From: a virus
Lineage: Duplodnaviria > Caudoviricetes
Virus record (IMG/VR): IMGVR_UViG_3300037761_000250
Location: 15,279-79,278 of that record
Strand: one strand, 5' to 3'
DNA length: 64,000 nucleotides
The notes beneath the pieces were generated by a model that saw nothing but the letters and a program-made list of their open reading frames with translations, was not told where the DNA came from and made no database searches. The position numbers were made by a program, and so were the translations under genes. Each line of letters begins with the position of its first letter. The first letter of the stretch is position 1. Positions 20,575 through 28,449 of the stretch are shown here, piece by piece.

Positions 20575-21016
20575 TTGCAGTGTTGAGGTTATTCACGTCT
20601 CTAGAAAGTAAACGGACAAAGAAAACTTTCGAGCCGAAGAACAGGAATGTTTGGAGCCATTCCTGCATTGTTCTTAAAACAATTGTTCCCTCAACACTAC
20701 GCTTATTGAACCCACGTCAGTGACCTAAGATGATTAACAGCCTGTGATGTTAATTTATCATCTTATATTAGATGGTCATTGACGTGGGTCTTTCACAACT
20801 CAGGACTTGACTAATAATCAAGTAAGGCGCCTGAGCTAGCTTTAAGTGGGTATCGTGGTTGCCAGCCCATACCCAGTAAATCTCACCTGGCCGAACAGAT
20901 GTATTCACAGTGCGTCGGTGCACAGACAGAGCGTTCTATTGTCCAAACGGGTCAGGGTGCTTGAGCAATTAACGGGTGTCTTTACCATTTGTTAGTAAAA
21001 TTTACTAACATCGACG

Positions 21017-21158
21017 TGGGGCGGACAGGACTTGAACCTGTATCCTGCTGTCGTCGTTCACCCACCGGAAACCTCGCCTTGGTTGGCTACTCAGCCCAGC
21101 TATTTTCCAGCTTAACAGGTGGTGCTAGCACGCAGCTCTACCGTTGAGCTACCGCCCC
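21017..21158 (-). ncRNA. 142-nt tRNA-like RNA with expanded, branched anticodon domain
   Basis: Perfect GGGGCGG/CCGCCCC acceptor plus A73, D arm GCTC-AACGGTA-GAGC and T arm ACAGG-TTCAAGT-CCTGT, but about 86 nt between the D arm and the variable loop. Confidence 0.75.
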
Positions 21159-21464
21159 TCGATGGAGGAAAATGGCCATTCCCTCCATCTATCTACATTT
21201 GTTTAAGGAAAATAAACGTAGAAAACAACCCCACAGTTTAGGATGCACGTCCCGAGATAGCGGTTCTCACAACTTTTGTGTGACTTGTCACGAACCACCA
21301 GCTAAAGAAGTTTGTAAACGTGCATTCCAAACTTCTTTACTGGTTCAGTCGATGACGAGGAGTAAGTTGCCAACTCACCTCGAACCTCACGCAGTCGAGG
21401 CCAAGCGTCCAGTTTTGGTTTTGTTCACTTTAAGTGAACCAAGGTGTAACTGGAAAACACCTCG

Positions 21465-21537
21465 TGCGCCAAGTAGGATTTGAACCTACACTATACCGGG
21501 CTTAAACCGGTTGCCTCTACCGTTGGGCTATTAGCGC
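21465..21537 (-). tRNA. tRNA-Leu(UAA), short variable loop
   Basis: GCGCTAA/TTGGCGC; ACCGG-TTTAAGC-CCGGT; 5-nt variable region ATAGT; GTAGG-TTCAAAT-CCTAC. Confidence 0.9.
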
Positions 21538-21551
21538 GTCTAAATGAGTTG

Positions 21552-21695
21552 TTTAATTTATTATTTACCACTTAATGTGGAAGTGTCGCGTCGACTTTGC
21601 AACTCAGTATCCGGCGGTCCTTCTTGTTTAAGACAGTGTATCTGTCACCGTCAATACTGGACACTTCCACATTAAGTGGTCAATAATAAATTAAA
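21552..21695. repeat. 36-bp inverted repeat enclosing a 72-nt structured loop
   Basis: Arms 21552-21587 and 21660-21695 with one mismatch. Confidence 0.9.
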
Positions 21696-21829
21696 AGTTA
21701 AAAAGTTGTGAGTAGTCCCGGACGGATTAGTCTTAGTCTGTTCTCCCAGGCCGGGACACCCAGTTCCAGAACTTTTAGTGCGCGCGCTCCGTGGTCTCGT
21801 CGCCGAGATTGCATACTCACAACTTGGAC

Positions 21830-22500
21830 AATAGCCAATATATCTAGATATACTGACTATTATCACTTGGGCACATAACTAGATGTCGTTTAATACCGAG
21901 GTTCTCCAACCAGGTACCCCAAGCTTAGTAAAGGTCAACAGACGAATAATAATCCCCTATCCGTTCTGCCCGTTACCGGATTTTCGACCTTCACTGATTC
22001 AACTTTTGGAACTACGGCGTCGACCAAACCGCACTTGCCTCTTTAATCCCTATGCCTAATCCTGACGGACAGGTCTCCCTCACGGGTGGCCACGGGCCGC
22101 AACGCAGAGCTACCTCGTTACGGTAGATGCGGTTCCTAACCCTTATCAATCCCGGAGGATGATAAGGAATTAATTTGTCCATCGTGACGACAATGTTTGC
22201 TCCGTCCATGAACTTTCGGTTTGACCAGAGGAACTATTGCGCGGATTCAGGCAATTAATCTCACGATTAATGCAATCTCCGAGGAGATTATCTTTGCTCA
22301 TCGCTCACACTTCCGGAGTGTCCACCGGAAGACTCCTACCACCGACAGGGAAAATTCGAAGGTATGCCTTTAGTTCGCTAAGCTGAACAGGTCATGACTC
22401 CTGCGTGCCACATCCGTGGAAGTACCACTGTTATATGACATACCAACGTTTTAGGTGTCCCGTTTTTCGCGCACCTTCGGGACCACAAGGCGAGGAAGCA
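21830..22500 (-). ncRNA. Candidate large structured ncRNA
   Basis: No convincing CDS; dense hairpins, several capped by GNRA loops on the minus strand. Confidence 0.5.
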
Positions 22501-22513
22501 TTAAATGCCGCGG

Positions 22514-22587
22514 TGGCGGGGACGGGATTTGAACCCGTGAACTCCAGATTATGAGTCTGGCGTGGTACCGAACTCCACTACCCCGCG
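22514..22587 (-). tRNA. tRNA-Met(CAU), initiator-like acceptor
   Basis: CGCGGGG/CCCCGCC with unpaired C1; CCAGA-CTCATAA-TCTGG; TTCAAAT. Confidence 0.9.
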
Positions 22588-22907
22588 TCACGTAGCGGTT
22601 GGTTAGGCCGCTACGGTCGGGAACCACCCGACAAGTCCAAGAGAAATATTAATTCCTAACCGATTATAGGATCGTTATTCTCTTGGAGGTTTGAGTGGGC
22701 GCCTGTTCAGTCTATCGTATTGGCGACAATCCCTTGACGCCTCAAAAGTCAGGCCGGTCGTTTAAAACATTCCAGCGCGTGTAAGAATGTCCCCACGTGT
22801 ATTTCTAAGAATTCAATTGTCAATGTCCGTTTGCTGCCCGTTTGTGGCCCGTTCGGGCGCCTCTCGCCCTATCGTAGCGCATGGGCGGGCAGGCGCGCAA
22901 CCCGGTA

Positions 22908-22941
22908 TCAAGATCAAGTTACTCGAGTAACTTGATCTTGA
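22908..22941. repeat. Perfect 34-bp palindrome
   Basis: TCAAGATCAAGTTACTC|GAGTAACTTGATCTTGA. Confidence 0.95.
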
Positions 22942-22958
22942 CGAATAGGACTGGTGTA

Positions 22959-23718
22959 CTAATGCTGTTTATTCCAGGCCAAATCAAACGCATCATCCGC
23001 ATCATCATTGGATGGTCCAATTGAATTAGTCGGATCAGGTGGTGGCAATGGAACTACACTAGTTGGTAATGTAAAATTATCCGTCGGTCTATCTTTAACT
23101 AGCCAATTAATAATTTCCCATGGAATCCAAATTAGTGCTCCAAACCCGCAAGTCAGTATGGTAATAATGCACAGGAATAGTCTTATTTTTCTTGATTCCA
23201 TGTATATATACCTTACACTGATAGCAGTTCATTCTTAACTAAGTAATTAAAGCTTACATCACTTAGCCATAGATTTATTCCATAATTATTAACGTCCGCA
23301 GTTACTGCGAAACTGCTACCATATGGTAAATCTTCACGTTCCATCAAAGACTTAACTAACTCATTTACTGTTTCTCGTTTTGCTTGAACGTGGTGTGGAA
23401 ATACATCGGGCAAATTCTTTTGGTAAATTGACATATTAATTTCACTTACCAATCTTTTCTATGTTGAGAAATGTGAAGTCCTCTTGACTTTAGCATTTCT
23501 TCAAGTCTGTCTACCTTTAAAATAGACAGAGCCTGCTTGTCTAATGCCTCTTCTACTTCCTCAATGACAGGTGGTGTTGAACTTAATTTAGTAGGTTTAT
23601 ATTCTTCACGACAAGACTTACAACGTACTGGTGGTCGACCGCGCCCTCCTCGAATTTTAAATTCCTGACGACAGTCTCGGCAAACACGAGTATTAGTTAA
23701 CACTGTTAATAATTCCAA
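22959..23718 (-). CDS. Three small genes: membrane protein (22959-23201), hypothetical (23213-23452), Zn-finger with GRGRPP motif (23446-23718)
   Basis: TM segment; CRDC...GRGRPPVRCKSC. Confidence 0.6.
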
Positions 23719-23914
23719 TCACTAGAACAATAATTGCAAAGATTGCAATTATTATGAATGGCCAGCCCGTAAAATGTTCACCATCACTATCACCATTACC
23801 ATTCCAGTCGGGCATTTTTATTCTCCAAGATCATTTTGTAGGTACACTAATGTTAATCCATTTCATAGGTGGTAAGAGGAGGAGTGCCGAGCGTCCATAA
23901 CGACACTCCTCCAG

Positions 23915-23988
23915 TGGGACAAGAGGGACTTGAACCCCCGACCGATCGATTATGAGTCGACTGCTCTAACCAGCTGAGCTATTGTCCC
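23915..23988 (-). tRNA. tRNA-Ile2(CAU; lysidine type, reads AUA), alternatively elongator Met
   Basis: GGGACAA/TTGTCCC; GAGCAGTCGACTCATAATCG resembles bacterial ileX tRNAs. Confidence 0.85.
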
Positions 23989-24033
23989 AACAATGACGCA
24001 GCTTCTATAACTACGCCATGTTAATTTGGGTGT

Positions 24034-25212
24034 TTAACTCTTTGCTATTAATCCCAATATATTCAATAATGCCTCTGCACTAGTTTTAGCTTCTTGTAAT
24101 TCATTCTTTATTTCTTCTAATGTTCCAGACAGAATTGGTTCCTCTGATTCTGAGCTATACAAAACATATACTTTAATTGATTTGTATCCAATTACCCTTT
24201 TGTATTCATATGTTCCATCAGGTAATGGATATTCAGTAGTTATTTTATCAGTAATTGGTCGTAGTACGTCAGGTTGATTTTCAAATCGAAAAAAGAATTT
24301 CATCTAACTACCTATTTAACTGGTGAAGTGATTGACAAGTGTGATGACAGCCCAGGCAATCAGTCCCAAAATTCCTAGTCCAAGTAGGGCGCAGAACGCG
24401 AACCATAGCATGAACCACCAGGGCATACCAGGAAGCTCCGGCTTACGGTCAGAGAATCGCATTATTTGTATCCTTTCTTAGCAAACACAATTCTCAGTTA
24501 GGCGCACAAACCATGCACTTGGGGACCAATGATCGGAATAGCGAGCGGTTACCCACCCATCTTCATCCTCCTCTAAGATGACTTCGGCATTCCTCTCCGT
24601 TGCTTTTCGTTCCATATCTTTCAAGGTGCAATAATTACATCTGGTCAGTGTACTCATCTCAGTCATCCCTTGGCGTGATAGCGTCTCGAATGCTGTTCAA
24701 CACATTGAGAAATTCTCGCTCACCGTACCTAATCGGCACAGCACCTAGTAGAATACTGGCCGCGACACCTCTTTCATATCCTCGCCTGACGTGGTTGAGA
24801 ATATCTGAAATTACTCGAACTAGAATATCCCGCTCCCGAGCAGTCAGCTCGCGCTTAGGTGGATTGTTTGACCCGTCATAAGCATCGGTGCCTTCCGGCC
24901 AAGACTTGTAGCCATTGCCTTCCATAATTTTCTTTATTCTCTCTAATAATTCATCGTTCATTTCTTCCCTTTCTGTTTGATGTACCAACCGGCCACACAG
25001 TTTCAACTGTGTAGCCTATTGGCAGATCAAAATAGAGTTACTACCTTGAAATCAATCGTCTTATAAGAATCGTCCTTTGTTTTAATTACATCCAATAAAA
25101 CATTCTTAATGAATTCTTGAACATCTGAAATAGAATCTGTAAAAGCGCTGAATTTCCAATGTGGTTCTTTATTTGCAATTTGAAATTTAACGAACAGGGC
25201 AAACGTAACCAT
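24034..25212 (-). CDS. Small hypothetical genes (24034-24303, 24478-24666, 24659-25006, 25027-25212)
   Basis: Packed minus-strand ORFs. Confidence 0.5.
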
Positions 25213-25911
25213 CTATGTACCAATTCCTTTTCTATTTTCTCGGGAAAGTTTGCTGCTGCCTAGATCTGCCCGCCGGCCAGCGGCGAAGCCGTCTGTAAAT
25301 CCGTTTTGGCTAGAAGCGGTTAGGTCATGCTTTATATATTTAAGATTAGGAAACGCCTCGTCTACTGCTTGATCAACTTCGGTTTCTCGATTCCGAAGCA
25401 CTGGCAGATTGTCCGGCTCTTCGGTTTTTATTCGTTTGTTCATGTAGTGAAGTCGGTTCCCGACTTCAACCACAAAACCATACATCCAACTACTATTATA
25501 GGACTTCCCATTTATGTAGCTTGGTTTCTTGGTTGATGCTTCCATCACTCCGAATAACATTTGGGTATGTAGAGATGCGTACAACATCTTAATTCGGTCC
25601 AGATCACCCTTGTAACCAAACACACGGACAGCGTTTGAATTATCAAGGAAAACAGGTTTGCCACCAAGGTGGATAGCAATTTCTGCAAGTAAGGTTTTTG
25701 CTTGCTTTCTGTAATGAGAACTGAACTTAATATCCAAGTAAATAACCTGTTCACCAGTTACCTTGTCTCGGGCTTTAGCCTCCTCAATTCCATACTTGGC
25801 CATTAGATAGGTAGCCTTGTCAATCAAGGCATCGCGTTCGGCTTCGGTTACACCGGCCGCATTTGCCTTAGTTAGCAAGCCTTCTATTACGTTTCTCCAT
25901 TTTTCTGCCAT
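25213..25911 (-). CDS. DUF2786-domain protein
   Basis: IEGLLTKANAAGVTEAERDALIDKATYLMAKYGI. Confidence 0.75.
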   Translation of the reverse strand: MAEKWRNVIEGLLTKANAAGVTEAERDALIDKATYLMAKYGIEEAKARDKVTGEQVIYLDIKFSSHYRKQAKTLLAEIAIHLGGKPVFLDNSNAVRVFGYKGDLDRIKMLYASLHTQMLFGVMEASTKKPSYINGKSYNSSWMYGFVVEVGNRLHYMNKRIKTEEPDNLPVLRNRETEVDQAVDEAFPNLKYIKHDLTASSQNGFTDGFAAGRRADLGSSKLSRENRKGIGT

Positions 25912-25917
25912 TGATTA

Positions 25918-27728
25918 TTACTTTCGTTTTTGTAGCCAATATCGAATATTATCCCAAGTTTTTTCTATTTTCCATATCCACCAAGTAGGATCAAGAAGTT
26001 GGATGTTGATTGGTAATACTATGATCTTGCATTCACTACAACGGTGAAGATGCCACCTATACCAACGACTATCGTAGTTTATCTTAAGAAGTCTACCGTT
26101 GCAAGTATATTTCTTTGGATATTTAAATCCACCTCCGGCCCAACCAGGACAACGGCGAGGCTTGTCGTAACAATGCCGACTAATCTTCATGTATTAGAAA
26201 TCCCAATCATCGAGACCCGAAGGATTTTCGATGGCAACAATTTGCTGGTCCCGAAGATAATTCAGAACAAGAATCTTTACCGCCTCGAATGGAATATTCA
26301 ATTCCGCCAGTTCTTCGTCGGTTTTGTTTGTCCAAGTTCCTGCTGGTACCTTAACCACATCGGCGATCCTGTTTGGCAAAATGAACTTTACATTTCCAGA
26401 GTAATCTCCGTTATGGTGCATGGTAACTTGAGTTTCTTCGAACTCTCCACGTCGGAGACGTTCGTTTTGGGCGTCACCTTTCCAACTAATCGTGTGCACG
26501 TGTCATCTCCTTTCAGGAAAATTCACAACTTGTCATTGACAGATTGTGAATCAACCTGACTGTAGATGCTATCATATGTCCTGTACTAAACCGTAAAGTA
26601 CAATTGCTAGTGCAGCAAGAAGCAACACTAGCAGGACTGTTCCTCGCCAACCTTGCATGTTTATCTTCCTAGAGCGATAGGAGTTTCCAACAATGGGGAC
26701 AGGCATTTAGGATTTTTGCCTGTATAAACGTGCATTGGTCACACCATAGTGGAGCCCAGCATTGCAGTTTATCTTCCTGTTCCTCGGTAAGGTCTCGCAT
26801 TCTAGTAGTTTCGTCCCAATAGTGGCACAACCTACAGCGAATTTGTTCATCATTGGTATGAGTCACACTACGAGTAGCCATGTCATCTCCTTAACTAGAA
26901 AATTTCATTACTACCCATAAAGTTCCATCTCTTCTAGTGCATCTCTAAATGAATTCATGAGATCTTCAAGTAATAGGCTAATGTCATCATTTTGGTGCCA
27001 CTTCTGTAAAAATCCATGTAGCTCCTGCAACTCTTTGGCATTGATTCGGAAGGTGGCATCTTGTCTTAATTCAGTTCGTTCCATTTTACTCTCCCTGTCA
27101 AAATCATAGTCATATAACACAGCTTCGCGCTCTGCCAACGCAGAGCGCCTTGCTTCTATTTTTAGAAAATCATCGGTAACAATATCTAGTGCTTCGGCCC
27201 AAGAAAGTTCACCCATCTAATTCCTCCTCCTCTTCTTCTTCCGACCTTTGCCAAGCCTCCATCTCTGCGTCTTCCTGCAAGGCTTCTTTCAAAGCGAAAT
27301 CACGATCGCTCAAACTAGCCCGATCGTATCCTTCGGCGTTCAAGGATTCGAATGCCCTCTTTACAAGTGTCTGGGCGGCCAGAATGTGTGATTCAGTGGT
27401 CTCACCCATTACCCAGGCCCGAGCCAGCTCGATATTTGAGAGTGGGCTGATGGCAACTAAATCGCCGCCATCAATTGCTATGATCATGAGTTTTTTCACT
27501 ATTTGCCAATCTTATACAGGCACAGTGATTCCATGAACAATTACTAAAATCACCAGGCTTATTTGGATAAAGGTAATTGCCAATTACATCCCAATGCTCG
27601 GCTCGTCTGGTCAGACGGTACCATAGTGCCTGTCGCCAATTGACAATCCAGGGGTATATTTCCCTGACCACAGCTAATTTGTAGCTGCAATCTTCGTATA
27701 GCTCACCAACCTTAATTGGTTGCTTCAT
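25918..27728 (-). CDS. Cluster of small hypothetical genes (25918-26190, 26194-26499, 26669-26881, 26911-27216, 27209-27499, 27471-27728)
   Basis: Packed ORFs, several with clear RBS. Confidence 0.55.
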
Positions 27729-27858
27729 TTATTGGCTTCCGTTTCGAGTATTGGGTAGATTTCATTGTCTAAAGTATCTTGCGAAACAGGTTGTGAAAGA
27801 ACTACCCATCCATCAATTACCACCAGAATCTTAATGTCTATAGGATTTGTATTCTTCT

Positions 27859-28449
27859 TTATTCATTGCCTTCCTCATTCAGTAGTTCAACGACTTCATC
27901 TATTGACACTGGTCGGTAATCCCAAGCGTCCACACCGACATGTACCTGTTGATTACGAATTTGTAGACTACTGTGAGTGTGCCCATGCAAGAGAATTTTG
28001 CCATCATCCTTTGGTCTATTTTGTTCGGGGATTATATCTCTGTGGGTGTCCCCAAAGTATGGGAAATGTGATAAGCTCCAGATTTCTGTCCCTCTCTCAC
28101 TGAAATTCAGTAAGCTTACTTGTTCTGTTTCAACAGTGAAGCCAACGTTGCTATACATTTCAAAATCCTGGGCGCGCGGTCCGCCTTTACGGTATCCAGA
28201 AAAGCACCGATCGTGATTCCCGGGTACCAAATGTTTGATTCCGTTCAATTCAGTAACAACTGACAGTGAATCTTGAATAGGTCCAAGTGCCACATCACCC
28301 AGCACCCAAACGACATCTGATGGAGTAACCCGGTCGTTCCAGCGCCTAACAATCTCTTTATTCATTTCTTCGATAGAAGAAAATGGACGGTTGCATAGTT
28401 CGATAATCCGAGCATGACCAATATGTAAATCAGACGTAAAGAAAATCAT
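27859..28449 (-). CDS. Calcineurin-like metallophosphoesterase
   Basis: FTSDLHIGH, LGDVALG, GNHD and HGHTH. Confidence 0.92.
   Translation of the reverse strand: MIFFTSDLHIGHARIIELCNRPFSSIEEMNKEIVRRWNDRVTPSDVVWVLGDVALGPIQDSLSVVTELNGIKHLVPGNHDRCFSGYRKGGPRAQDFEMYSNVGFTVETEQVSLLNFSERGTEIWSLSHFPYFGDTHRDIIPEQNRPKDDGKILLHGHTHSSLQIRNQQVHVGVDAWDYRPVSIDEVVELLNEEGNE

Noticed and set aside
21552-21695. Retron msr-msd
   Set aside because: No reverse transcriptase in the window; kept only as an unexplained structured element.
21172-22209. ORFs 21172-21483(+), 21672-21866(-) and 22012-22209(-)
   Set aside because: No convincing RBS, atypical composition, and they overlap structured RNA; probably spurious.
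21017-22500. tmRNA or RNase P RNA
   Set aside because: No G3-U70 and a full D arm in the tRNA-like element; no tag ORF with matching TLD ends; no GAGGAAAGUCC P4 signature found.
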